A stretch of 64,000 nucleotides of DNA from Williopsis jadinii. Its lineage: Eukaryota. The position numbers and the translations under genes are program-made. The stretch is from contig AP024666.1 in the NCBI GenBank assembly GCA_024346625.1, forward strand, positions 1,178,001 through 1,242,000, written 5' to 3'. Under the pieces are notes generated by a model. That model did no database searches, was not told where the DNA came from, and saw nothing but the letters and a program-made list of their open reading frames with translations. Within the stretch, counting starts at the first letter, position 1, and every line of letters begins with the position of its first letter. Below are positions 11,719 through 24,234 of this stretch, one piece after another.

Positions 11719-12139
11719 GTACGTTTCATGTGAAGAGGGAGCGATGTAATGTTATCACAGAGTAGTCATTGAGCATTTGGTCATTGTCGTTGTCGTCTAT
11801 CTACGTTTATGTGTAAGGAGATGTTGTGGCAGTTAGAGACAGATTCAAGGAAGAGACAGTTAATGTATCGACAAGGAGAAAAGTGTTGAAATGATATATA
11901 CAGCTCATCAATAGGGAGAGTAACATGCCATGAATGCGTATATGAGATATGGAAAGGCCTTGAAGACGTGGCGTGTCTCTCAAAACACACGAATTGAACG
12001 AACATACGGACAGAGTGGACAAAAAAACTGTTGTCCAATACCAATGACTCTCAACCATCTCAAGATAATAATGCTTTTACATCGTCTTCTCACCGACCCA
12101 AGGGTCTAACTTTAGGCTTTATACTAACGGTTTATTTAG
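11719..12139 (+). other. 5'UTR intron of RPL32 (421 nt)
   Basis: GTACGT at 11719, TACTAAC at 12122, TAG at 12137-12139 directly abutting the ATG. Confidence 0.85.
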
Positions 12140-12535
12140 ATGGCTGCTTCTATTTCTCACCCAAAGATTGTCAAGAAGTTCACCAAGAAGTTCAAACGTC
12201 ACCACTCTGACCGTTACGCCCGTGTTGCTGAGAACTGGAGAAAGCAAAAGGGTATTGACTCCTGTGTCAGACGTCGTTTCAGAGGTACCATCCCACAACC
12301 AAAGATTGGTTACCGTACCAACAAGAAGACTAGACACATGATGCCATCTGGTCACAAGGCCTTCTTGGTTAACAACGTTAAGGACTTGGACTTGTTGTTG
12401 TTGCACACTAAGACATACGCTGCTGAGATCTCCCACTCCGTTTCCTCTAAGAACAGAGTTGAGATCGTTGCCCGTGCTAAGGCTTTGGGTTTGAAGGTTA
12501 CCAACCCAAAGGGTCGTCTTGCTCTTGAGGCTTAA
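12140..12535 (+). CDS. RPL32: 60S ribosomal protein L32 (eL32)
   Basis: [26 protein letters not shown]..; strong codon bias. Confidence 0.99.
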   Translation: MAASISHPKIVKKFTKKFKRHHSDRYARVAENWRKQKGIDSCVRRRFRGTIPQPKIGYRTNKKTRHMMPSGHKAFLVNNVKDLDLLLLHTKTYAAEISHSVSSKNRVEIVARAKALGLKVTNPKGRLALEA

Positions 12536-12754
12536 GCGGGATCAAGAACGGGAATTTTGTACACAATGTTAACTTACTAGTCTCTAATGCTTATGTTTCT
12601 GGGTTTATGTGAGGACTGTAGAAGTGTGCTGGTTGAAAGTAGCACTAGTGTAATCAAAATAAACACATTCTTTTATTTATTCAATGAGCAAAACAGAACA
12701 AAGAAGGGAACACAACTAAAGATATAAAACGGGCGCCTGCCGTAGACTGGGGCA

Positions 12755-13782
12755 TTACATGAATAACCAAGCGAGGATGATTGCAATCAGTGCGAACAAG
12801 ACGATTGTTGTTAGTGGCGCAGGGCTCTCTTGTTTGTTGGCAGTGGATACCTTTGGAGTTGCCGCTGTTGTGGCGGCAGCTTCAGATGTTGATTTGGCAA
12901 CGTTTGAATCCAACTTCTCGTTCAGGGCATCAATCTTTGACTTATCCTCTTGAGACACATCTTCTGATACTTTCTCTGCCGACTCCTTTATGGAGGAAGA
13001 AGATATATCTTTGGTGGTCTGTTGTTGTTCTTGCTGTTCACTAGTCGATTTGCCATTGACACCGGTGGAGATGGCCGAGTCCAACGCAGGCTTGTCAACG
13101 TCTTCAACGACGAATTTAACTTTGATCTTTGTAGAGACTGATTGAGGTTTGAACTCGGACTCCAGTTTTGGCCATACCTCAGCAACGGTACTCTCCCCCA
13201 AGTCGTATGGCGCCGGCAATGCAATAATCAAAAACTTATCGTTACACTTGGCTTCTGCTTCAGGCTCTTCCTGCAATCCCAAGAGAATCACAGACACCTC
13301 AACGGACTCTCCTGGATGGATCAATCCCGAGTTGGGTCTGACACAGTAGCTTTAACACGGGAATCGGTTAGTACTTAATGTTCTATTCAGCATGTCACAG
13401 CCACGCTTCACAGCGATACAATGGGCACTTACAGTTTTGGCGCAGTCGTCTTCACTTTAAAAGCAGAAGTGTCATCAGAGGTATTGGTGATTGTGATGAT
13501 AGAAGTGCTTGGCTTGGTCAGAGGAGCTATACCGCACTCGTTAGTACATCCACAGTTCTTCTACCTGGGAAAGGACCGGTGCTACAGGTGTTTGTTCACC
13601 GTGCGCGTTGTAGAGTGCTCGTAGGGGCGATCTCTCCTTGAAACCTGGAACACGCACCACGATCACCATCGACGGAGCAGCAACCCATCAAAACAAACAC
13701 GGAAAACACCCTTCCCGGCACAATTGAGCCAGATTCACTCACACTTGAACTCCAGAACAGAGGGGGTAATTGAAATACTCAT
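12755..13782 (-). CDS. SCS2: VAP-family ER anchor (MSP domain + C-terminal TM), 242 aa, exons 13782-13743, 13526-13433, 13349-12755
   Basis: Splicing restores FKVKTTAPKLYCVRPN. Introns GTGAGT..TACTAAC..TAG and GTAAGT..TACTAAC..AAG. C-terminal hydrophobic anchor. Confidence 0.93.
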
Positions 13783-14264
13783 TGCCTTTGTCGTCTTTGG
13801 CGTTGTTGTTGTTATTGTTGTTGTTGTTGATCTCCGGTTGTGCTGGAATTGCACAAAAACCCAGTTGAAAATTTCACACCGCCCAAAAAACCACAGTCTC
13901 TGCGTAGCGCGCTCACTGTGGGCGGTGGTGTTTGATCTGCTTGTTAACACGTAGGGACAAAATTCCCCTTCTGGCTGCGCTTGGGCTCTCGGCGGACGGT
14001 GCGGTGGGAGGATTTGGGCGGGAAGGGGATTCTCTGGGGAAGCAGTCTCTTGCTTGGAGCATTTTATAGTGTTGATGGATTAAGCTGGCGGCTCAGTTAG
14101 TGGATGTGTCTGCTGGTTCTTGCTGAGGGTGAGATCGTTGTGGCATGCTCTGTGCCTCTTTGTTGGCCTCAATTGGACGAGGTGGAGGAGCGCACGAGCC
14201 TACTGTAGTTCTACGACACGTAAGGTTGACTGGGGATTAAAGCTATTTAATGGTGGTGGAAAGG

Positions 14265-15612
<1,348 letters not shown>

Positions 15613-15914
15613 CTTTGTTATGGGACTATCCTGTTGAAACTATGGCTTTTTAGATATTTCGAATGATGGAAAGGAAGAAAAAATAAGCTGTAGAGCTTCA
15701 TACTTCGGCTGGTATCGGTCGAAGTGATGAGATGAGAACCGAGGTGGGCCGGCATGAGTCGGAATTGATCTTTTCAATTCCGGCCACAATCACCCTCGGA
15801 TTTTCGAACCCTCCACCGCTTTTTTTTTCGTTCATCCAATTTCCGATTCAACGGGAGGACACTTTAGGAAGGAAGAGTATCACCAGGTAGCAGAGCGGGA
15901 GTTTTATACCAAAG

Positions 15915-16412
15915 ATGTTTGGTCTCAGAAGCATTTGTAAGGTTGGTACTCAGAGAGCATGCGGCATTTCTCTCGTTCAAACACGTTGCAATCAAACCAG
16001 CGCTGTTCTCGATAGATTCAAAAACTCTACCAATGGCACCGGTAACAAATCCCAACCGTCGTTGAGAACACCACCTTCAATCTCACAAGTGGCACGTAAG
16101 ACCAAGAACGATCTCAGTGCCAGTGATGCCAGAGGCAGCCCAAAGGCTTATGCACGTACGGTTGCCATCAAGGGCCCAATTGCCGGAAGAATTGTCTCTG
16201 TGCCCCAAGGTAACATCGATTCAGCGTTCAGAAGCTTGAAGTACCTTGTGAACTCGAACAATATCAGATTGGATAAGAATGCACAGAGATTCTACAAGAA
16301 ACCGAGTAAGGTGCTAGAGGAGAAGAGAATGAGAAGAAAGAAGAAATTGTTTGACCAAGGTATTAGAAGATTGGTTGACATTGTGAAGGACGCAAAGAGA
16401 AGGGGATATTAG
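15915..16412 (+). CDS. MRP21: Mitochondrial small-subunit ribosomal protein bS21m
   Basis: Basic presequence and C-terminal RFYKKP..AKRRGY. Lies between MAP2 and AVT5 as in S. cerevisiae. Confidence 0.88.
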   Translation: MFGLRSICKVGTQRACGISLVQTRCNQTSAVLDRFKNSTNGTGNKSQPSLRTPPSISQVARKTKNDLSASDARGSPKAYARTVAIKGPIAGRIVSVPQGNIDSAFRSLKYLVNSNNIRLDKNAQRFYKKPSKVLEEKRMRRKKKLFDQGIRRLVDIVKDAKRRGY

Positions 16413-16818
16413 GCATAGAACAAACAATCCTCCTTCTCTATCAGATCATGTACATAGCTCAATACACCAAGGAATGAATTGCTCCGTATTAAACTGGCGC
16501 ACATATGTAGATTTTTCCATGTTTACACCATAATTAAACAATTCCTCTTTTAATATAATAATTATAATGCAATAATATAATATAATCGCGCCTATCTTCA
16601 AAAACATCCTCGAGGGCTGCCAACTTCGTTGCTTTAGTAAGCATAACAGAGAGCACTTGTTACAAGAACAGCGTTATACAATCCATCATACCCTGGTGCC
16701 CTCGCACTGTCATCGATCTTGGAGATTACAGACGGTGACACTTAGTTAAAGTACCCCCGTCTTGTCTGGAAAAGCATCAACATCAGCAATAGGACCTGTG
16801 AGAAAGTGATCTTTAGAT

Positions 16819-18368
16819 ATGTCTTCAGCAGTAGGGAAGGCAAGCTGGCGTTCAGCGTCGATTAACCTATTAAACACCATCATAGGTGAGTTCATTACTT
16901 AATACAGGGATCGTTTGTACGAGCTGCTGGATCACTAACATTCTGAGAAAAAGGTGCTGGTATGCTGGCTATGCCATATGCAATTCGTTCTGACGGTGTG
17001 TTATTGGGAATCTTTGTTATTGTGCTATCAGCAGCAACCTCATCGTTTGGTCTATACCTACAGGGAAAGTGTTCTAAGTACGTTGAGCCTGGTGATGCTT
17101 CGTTCTTTGCGCTGGCTCAACTGACTTATCCGCAACTAAGTGTGGTGTTCGATTTAGCCATTGCAATCAAATGTTTTGGTGTGGGGGTCTCATACCTTGT
17201 TGTTATAGGTGATTTGATGCCAAAGATCACAGAATCATTGTTGAATGATTCGTTCTTAGATAAACATCCCGTGCTTTTAGAGAGAAACTTATGGATCACG
17301 GTATTCATGGCTACCATCGTTTCACCTCTATCGTTCCTGAAGAAGTTGGATTCCCTGAAATATGCATCGATGGTGGCACTTTCATCAGTCGTGTACTTGG
17401 TGGTGCTAGTCTTTGTACATTTTCTCAAGGATGACATCGTGGATAAAGGCCCAGTTGAAGTGTTCAAGCCTTATTCAACGTCTGCGATCTTTGCGAGCTT
17501 CCCAATCTTTGTCTTTGCTTATACGTGCCATCAAAACATGTTTTCCCTGGTGAATGAACTAGAGGATAAAGGTGGTAAGACCATCAACAAAGTTATTGGT
17601 GCTTCCATTGGTACTGCAATGGTGTTGTACGTTGTCGTTGGTGTCACTGGTTACCTTTCATTTGGTGATAACGTCCAGCCAAACGTAATTGTGGGTTATC
17701 CACACTCTATATCATCAACAGTGGGTCGAATTGCCATTGTTATCCTTGTGATGCTTTCTTATCCTTTGCAATGCCATCCAGCAAGGGCTTCTATAAATCA
17801 CATCATGCATTACTTCAAATACGTCAAAGAGGTTTCAAGAAAACCCTCAAGGGCGTCATTGTTGAGTAACGACAGACAGAGAAGACCTTCAAGGGCATTA
17901 GGAGGCGATATCATAGCATCCCCTCGTGGGTCGTTTTCTCAACAGAGTACAACATCATCTTCAAGACCAAATGGAGCATTTGGTACAACTGTCGACTCTG
18001 ACTTTGAGGATGAACTCTTGGAGGAAGGTATTCCTGCAGTTTCTCCACTCAAAGGGAAGAGATTTGTTATAATTACCTCAGTAATCCTTTGCTTAAGTTA
18101 CCTCATTGCAATCAGTGTGAAGTCTTTGGCACATGTCCTAGCCTTTGTTGGTTCTACTGGCTCTACATCGATTTCTTTTATCCTCCCAGGAATATTCGGT
18201 TACCAGCTGATTGGATCTGAATTCATCGATCACTCTACAGGATCATGGGCCGATATGCCTAAAAAGCTTCGACTCTTGAAATCGTTATCCCTTGTATTGA
18301 GTATTTGGGGATTGCTTGTGATGACTGTTTGTTTGAGTGCTACAATATTCCTCGGAGCTTCAGAATGA
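16819..18368 (+). CDS. AVT6: Vacuolar amino acid transporter Avt5/Avt6 type, 493 aa, exons 16819-16885, 16954-18368
   Basis: Splicing (GTGAGT..CACTAAC..AAG) restores NLLNTIIGAGMLAMP. FAYTCHQN, YPLQCHPAR, GSTGSTSISFILPG motifs. Confidence 0.9.
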
Positions 18369-18433
18369 AGATGATCTTTGCTGTATTATTTATATTTAGA
18401 CAGTTAATATATACGAAATGAGATCAAACCATG

Positions 18434-19516
18434 TCAGTAGTATGCTTGATACTCTTCTTTCATGAATTTCAAAGAGAGCTGAGAAACATCCCTGATGATG
18501 AATTGCAACAAGTATTCATCAGTGAATTGAACCAACCTCTCGAATGAATCACTTGTCGAGTCAGTACCTTTGAACTTATACATTTGTTGTATCAAAGGCT
18601 CAATCAGTGCGATGTACTGGTCCATAGAACAGTGATCTTGATGCGGTTTCCACGACGTAGTTGATGATATGCTAGTTTTCTTAGAATGTAATTTGCTGGT
18701 GGACACGTTTGATGAAGACGATACGTTTGTAGACGAAGGGGGTGGGTTTCCCTTGGTCCTTCTCGACGAAAAGACATTGAAGATCGAGCCCTTTCTCTTG
18801 TCTCCATGTTTTCGAGATAAGCTGCTATTCATGGTGTTCGCTGTCATCACTGATGCCGTTGTTGAGGTGATAGATTCAACTCTTTGAATGTTCGAGCTTG
18901 ACGAATGTACACGTACCACTTCATCTTGAGCTATGTCGTCTGCGAGATGATCAAATGCATCCAGCAGCTTCTCATAGTACAAAAGTACGGAATCGATGGA
19001 GCTCACGTCAATAGCTTCACCCTTTGAAAGCTTGCTGAACAGAGATGTCACCTCCCTTAGCGTACCAAGCTTGACGCTTGCATTGGTAATTGAGCCACTC
19101 TCTAGCGCTCTCTTATTGAGGAAAACGTTACCGGAAAGGAATGATCCATGATGTGGTGACTTGTATGCGTCCACAACTCTCGATAGCACCACCAGAGCTC
19201 TGTCGTGGGGAGGCGCCGGTATTACCCATCCATTGGCATCATCAACATCACCCTCACCACCGTCACCGCCAGGGACCATCGTAGTCAAGACAGGCTTCCT
19301 ATAACCCTCATTGCTGAAACTTACAATGTCACTCGTATCAATGCTATACCTGTTTCCACCAGCAGCGATAGCAGAATCATTCCCGAACGAGTACTCGCTC
19401 TTGGTGCCGTCTGAACCATTTGATATCCTTATGACGCCATACGTAGGCAACGAACTAAGTGACGATTCTGATCCATCCGCACCATTGGCTAATCGACTGA
19501 TCATATTCAGTGACAT
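18434..19516 (-). CDS. Conserved hypothetical protein resembling the C-terminal half of fungal MIT-domain proteins; start uncertain (19516 or 19681)
   Basis: Long ORF. PHHGSFLSGNVFL and terminal YLLQFIIRDVSQLSLKFMK recall that family's PRGGYLSTKLF and CRF..DIG...KFIK segments (from memory). Confidence 0.6.
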   Translation of the reverse strand: MSLNMISRLANGADGSESSLSSLPTYGVIRISNGSDGTKSEYSFGNDSAIAAGGNRYSIDTSDIVSFSNEGYRKPVLTTMVPGGDGGEGDVDDANGWVIPAPPHDRALVVLSRVVDAYKSPHHGSFLSGNVFLNKRALESGSITNASVKLGTLREVTSLFSKLSKGEAIDVSSIDSVLLYYEKLLDAFDHLADDIAQDEVVRVHSSSSNIQRVESITSTTASVMTANTMNSSLSRKHGDKRKGSIFNVFSSRRTKGNPPPSSTNVSSSSNVSTSKLHSKKTSISSTTSWKPHQDHCSMDQYIALIEPLIQQMYKFKGTDSTSDSFERLVQFTDEYLLQFIIRDVSQLSLKFMKEEYQAYY

Positions 19517-19751
19517 TTCTATATTCTGGGCTGCTCCCTGGGTCTCCTCCACCTCTGTATCGTCTATTATATGGCGATAGCAGTAGTAAACACCCTGCCC
19601 TTGTTGTGCACTACGTATGCATTTTGCGCTAGTATGCGTGTTTCTCGGGAAGAGCCGCCAGGGATTCCTTCCATCCTCCACAAATCAACATCAACATCAG
19701 GGTAGTAGCAATCGCCTTCGCAGCCACCAAGACCAGCAGATACAAACGACG

Positions 19752-20681
19752 ATGCTCTCATCAAAGCCGAAGTTCATATTCGCACTTGTTATAACCGATA
19801 TACAGAACGTGCCCAAGCATTCAGGCTCGTGCTTTGTGAAATGGCGTATCCTTAATACCCTCCCGTCAATCAAGGGCCGTACTCCGGCAGCCCACGTCAA
19901 GGACTTCAAGGCTGTATGGAAACATACAGAGGAGGGCATCGTGAAAGTCGGGACGAAGGACAAGGCACTACAGCCGAAGATTGTTGAGCTGGAGGTGTAT
20001 CACATCACCAGACACCATAGTCATCACCACCATCAAAACAACTATCATCCGGATATACCCCTGTTGGATGAACTGCCTTCTGTGAGACAGACGTCGTACT
20101 TGGGGAAAGTCACTGTGAACTTGAGTGAGTTTGCAGGCATTGAAGGCACACAGCCAATGCGGTATCTGTTAAAGGACTCTAAGGTCAATGCTGTTTTAAA
20201 TGTTGAAGTTGGTATGACCTTGATTAAGGGGAACCTGGCGGACTATGTAGTTCCGCCAATAAGATCAAAGGGGTTGTTGAACATGTTCGAAGATTCTGTG
20301 TATGAATCAAGCTCTTCAGGCTCTAAACATGGTGCTGCTAGCGCAGTGTCACCGTTTAGCGAGTCGAAATTGCACAGAAGTGCAAAGATTACATCGGATC
20401 CAGTGATTACAAGGTTATATCAAAAGACATTTGAAATATCCTGGGACAGACGCCCAGGTGAATTTAGTGCTGAAGAGTGTGTCGATGATATAATAGTCGG
20501 AGGTGATGGCTGGGCCAAGAACGAGGAAGGTGAGGACTTCATCGACGTGCAACTCGCATCGTTGAAGTCACATTCTCATCACCAAGCTCGTCATATCACT
20601 CTGTATAGCCCTACAGTTGAGTATGAGAGCGTGCAAACGCCATCGCATAAGAGTTGGCAGGTACACCATATCGTGCGCTAA
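19752..20681 (+). CDS. NT-C2 (EEIG1/EHBP1 N-terminal) domain protein, YBL086C-like, 309 aa
   Basis: KPKF..ITDIQNVP..G.CFVKW, LGKVTVNLSEF, RYLLKDSKVNA, A.ECVDDI..GGDGW. Syntenic with RPL23/TEL1. Confidence 0.85.
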   Translation: MLSSKPKFIFALVITDIQNVPKHSGSCFVKWRILNTLPSIKGRTPAAHVKDFKAVWKHTEEGIVKVGTKDKALQPKIVELEVYHITRHHSHHHHQNNYHPDIPLLDELPSVRQTSYLGKVTVNLSEFAGIEGTQPMRYLLKDSKVNAVLNVEVGMTLIKGNLADYVVPPIRSKGLLNMFEDSVYESSSSGSKHGAASAVSPFSESKLHRSAKITSDPVITRLYQKTFEISWDRRPGEFSAEECVDDIIVGGDGWAKNEEGEDFIDVQLASLKSHSHHQARHITLYSPTVEYESVQTPSHKSWQVHHIVR

Positions 20682-21460
20682 GCTGCAATAGGGTAGGAAC
20701 CACACTGTGGAATGAATTTGACAAGTGTTGACGAAGTTCTGATATCCTCCTGGTTATAGATTAGTGGCTCTTTCACTTCTGCTATGCTAAGTAATGAATC
20801 ACTGGGCTTCTTCGGATTGCCTTGACTGTCGTGGTCCAACAGGCGTCGACGTATCCTGTGTCCTTCTTTACCGATGATTCTTGATTCAGCTAGCTTCAGT
20901 CTCATTCGAGTTAACAACCGGTTTTCCTTCAAGTTCCAACTGACCTGTATATCACCATCAAACGTGTGATGGGATTCAAAGTCGTCAAGTGTTGAACTAC
21001 ACTGCCTCAATGGAGAGGGGATAATAGGTCTCCGCATGCAGTAGCACTTCCTGAATGGACATTTTGATGCAGTATGTTCTTGAATGAACGGACAGCTCGA
21101 CGGACGTTGGTCATATAAACCTTTGAATTTGCCTCTTTTAATAAGCGAAGAACTTCCATCAGGGTAAAACTTGGGTATAACAACGAATTTGGAAAGAACC
21201 GATGCTGGCTTACGAAACGAGCTTCTCAGATCTATACCAAGCCCTTGTGACCTTGCATTATTGGAAGCAAGTTGAGGTATTGTACTATTTGCCACTAGCT
21301 TTGGTTTCCAATCGTTGTTGCAATGGGATGAGCTCTCCATTAGTGGCGAGCGTTGTACATTTAATATGTTATACCTATCACTGTCATACTCATGATTATA
21401 TTTACCACGCGAGTGCAAGCGATCTCGAATGGTTATGAAGTAATTCATGTACGAATTCAT
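20678..21460 (-). CDS. Hypothetical protein, probable SPR6 (YER115C) ortholog by position
   Basis: 260-aa ATG ORF in the same position and orientation next to SLX8 as SPR6. Sequence homology not verified. Confidence 0.55.
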   Translation of the reverse strand: MNSYMNYFITIRDRLHSRGKYNHEYDSDRYNILNVQRSPLMESSSHCNNDWKPKLVANSTIPQLASNNARSQGLGIDLRSSFRKPASVLSKFVVIPKFYPDGSSSLIKRGKFKGLYDQRPSSCPFIQEHTASKCPFRKCYCMRRPIIPSPLRQCSSTLDDFESHHTFDGDIQVSWNLKENRLLTRMRLKLAESRIIGKEGHRIRRRLLDHDSQGNPKKPSDSLLSIAEVKEPLIYNQEDIRTSSTLVKFIPQCGSYPIAA

Positions 21461-21842
21461 ACTGCTGCTGTGTCAAACACCTCTATCAAGATTGAAACTC
21501 CACACAGCAGGAAACAAAACAGTGCTCAAGTTTATCCACAGTGTTAAAAAGATGACAGCTACCTCGAGCTTCTCTAGCGAGTTAACAAATTAGCAAGACT
21601 GGGCCTTTCTAGAGAATTGTCCTTAGTTTGATATCAAGAGAGGCACTGTAAAGGACCCTTTGAGCTATACCTTTTTGTGTGTAAAATCACAGTACAAAGT
21701 GAAGCTAATACACACCATGTCGTTACATCACCACAAACGTGGATCCGATATATATTAGCCTGTATTGATAAAACGAAGCCAATGGCATAGACGATGACTG
21801 TCCGAGCCCCCATGCTGTCTTCCATCCAAAATTCAGCCTTGT

Positions 21843-22652
21843 TTACCGTCCCTGTAGTGATTTCTTCTTCTTCTTGAAGATGCCAACTATTAACCTCTTG
21901 TAAGATGTTGTAGCTCTACACAGAGAACACGGTCCTCCATGCTTGGTGCTCGTCTTCATGGAGCTTAGTGCCTTAAACACACAATCCAGACAGTAAATGT
22001 GGCCACAGGGTAAGACGATGGTCTCTTCAGGACTATCGAAACAAACAGCACAGTGCGCAGTGTTGAGGTTTGAGTTGTTGATTCTGGTATTATCAGCCAG
22101 TTGAACGGAAACAGATTTCTGTGTATTCGCATCAGCATCCTTGTCATCATCAGCATTCTTATCATCGCCATCATCGTCGTCATCCGATATCACAAAGTAC
22201 TCACGGGTGATATCATCATCGTTGATGGCGATCACCTCCGCATCGGAAGGCACTGGTGTGTTTGTCTTATTCTTGTTGGCTTTGGACCGTACTGGCTCTG
22301 CGTCTGATATTACAACTTCAGGTGACTGTGATCTGGAATGGGTACATGGTATGTCTTCGTCGTCGAGGTCATCAAAGTCGTATATCGAGCGGTTCTCTTC
22401 TTGATCAGTGAGGTCCAGCACTGCATTCTCTCGTGGCGAAGCCACATCGATCACCTGTGGTTGCGTTTCATCCCTTCCATCATCTTCTTTTGGTACATCC
22501 TGTTGATCACACTCCGTAGAGCTGTGTTTACAACGTTGTGAAGCATTAGTGTTGTCATTACTGCTGCTCGGTCTATCTTCATCAGTACAGATCCTCTTCT
22601 TAGCACTCCCCGGACTATCTTCTATCGGTCTCTTTGTAGATGTCCCAGACAT
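21843..22652 (-). CDS. SLX8: SUMO-targeted ubiquitin ligase RING subunit, 269 aa
   Basis: C3HC4 RING (CAVC..CGHIYCLDC..CSLCR) and multiple SIMs (VIDV, VLDL, VVIS, VIAI, FVIS). Divergent from RPL23 as in S. cerevisiae. Confidence 0.85.
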   Translation of the reverse strand: MSGTSTKRPIEDSPGSAKKRICTDEDRPSSSNDNTNASQRCKHSSTECDQQDVPKEDDGRDETQPQVIDVASPRENAVLDLTDQEENRSIYDFDDLDDEDIPCTHSRSQSPEVVISDAEPVRSKANKNKTNTPVPSDAEVIAINDDDITREYFVISDDDDDGDDKNADDDKDADANTQKSVSVQLADNTRINNSNLNTAHCAVCFDSPEETIVLPCGHIYCLDCVFKALSSMKTSTKHGGPCSLCRATTSYKRLIVGIFKKKKKSLQGR

Positions 22653-23154
22653 ATTGATGATACTCTTTCCTATAGTGTAGTCCAAATCAAAGGCACAAAA
22701 TACGCCGTCGTCAAGCCTGGGTCACGAGTTTGCTACACCGACTCCCCAACTGCGTCTTCGATTTGGTATGATAATTCCCAAAGGGAAGAAGGCATAAATA
22801 TCAATGTTCCCGTAAACAAAGACACTCACGCATTAATTTGCCTATACATTTAAACATGGCCGTTTAGGGCTGCAGTGTGCTTTTCAAGGCACGTGATGTG
22901 ATAAGAGGGAATGTAGGGCTTGTACATCCAAACACCCCCACCACGGTTGGAGACACACAAATTATATCTGTTTGTGCCCTGAACCAATAAATTTGACACA
23001 TCGATCCGCTAAATTCGCGGGCCATTCATCGAAACTGCGAGGGAAGCGCAGTCCCGGAGACGCTCACGGTGAAAAATATACAAAACTTTCAACGCTTGGG
23101 TCAGTTTCCATCACCAAAACCTCATTAATCTAATACACACAGAACACATCCAAA

Positions 23155-23955
23155 ATGTCCAGTGGTGCTTCCGGTAACAAGTTTAGAATTTCTGTATGTT
23201 AATGAACGAATGAGAGAATATGTGATCCTGGGATGTTTGAAGACGAATATTATGGTGGTTCGAGCTGTACCGAGGAGGAGACGATTGGGAACTAGTAGAC
23301 AAACTTTACACTTAAACTTGGAGATGGGACATGGTCTGCCCACCCCTAACTGACGAGAGAGATCGTAAGAGTGAATCATGGAGAGAGATAGTCATAAAGA
23401 ACTAGCTTGTTCTCCATAACCAAACACTGAGACATAGAAGGCCGTCCTCTTTCTGTATCACCACTTTAGAAACGGAGTCATACTGAAGAAAACCACATTA
23501 AACACCTAATATTGTTTTAAAACACCAAGGAAATCACATCAGCAATTCTTTATCAATAGCATATACTAACATCACGTTTTTAGTTGGGTCTTCCAAATGG
23601 TGCTATCATGAACTGTGCTGATAACACCGGTGCCAGAAACCTTTACATCTTGGCTGTTAAGGGTTTCGGTGCTAGATTGAACAGACTTCCAGCTGCCTCC
23701 CTTGGTGACATGGTCATGGCCACCGTCAAGAAGGGTAAGCCAGAGTTGAGAAAGAAGGTTATGCCAGCCATCGTTGTCCGTCAATCCAAGGCTTGGAGAA
23801 GAAAGGATGGTACTTTCCTCTACTTCGAAGACAATGCTGGTGTTATTGTCAACCCAAAGGGTGAAATGAAGGGTTCTGCTATCACCGGTCCAGTTGGTAA
23901 GGAGTGTGCTGACTTGTGGCCACGTATTGCTTCTAACTCTGGTGTTGTTGTTTAA
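23155..23955 (+). CDS. RPL23: 60S ribosomal protein L23 (uL14), exons 23155-23193, 23584-23955
   Basis: [30 protein letters not shown]. Intron GTATGT..TACTAAC..TAG. Confidence 0.99.
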
Positions 23956-24234
23956 ATCGGCGGAATTGCTTTCTATACAAAATTTAATGTCATCGAAAAC
24001 CACAGAACCTTAGGAATGAAACAATTGTAAAATATGGGATCTTTTTTAAAACCACCTTAATCATGCTGTTGTAGAGGATGCTGGAGCGCTTCACGCACTT
24101 TCCCTCATTGTGGGCCAAAGTTGTGTGTAGATGTTTTTTCTTGCCTTGCGGACCCCCACAGAGAGTAACGACATACTGTTCCATCGCAGCTGTATAGCGG
24201 GTGTTCTATACCGTTCAGTGTATTCCATATAAAC

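Noticed and set aside
12755..13782. Alternative CUG code (Ser/Ala)
   Set aside because: CTG codons fall on conserved Leu positions in Scs2 (VLEFK, SPLT).
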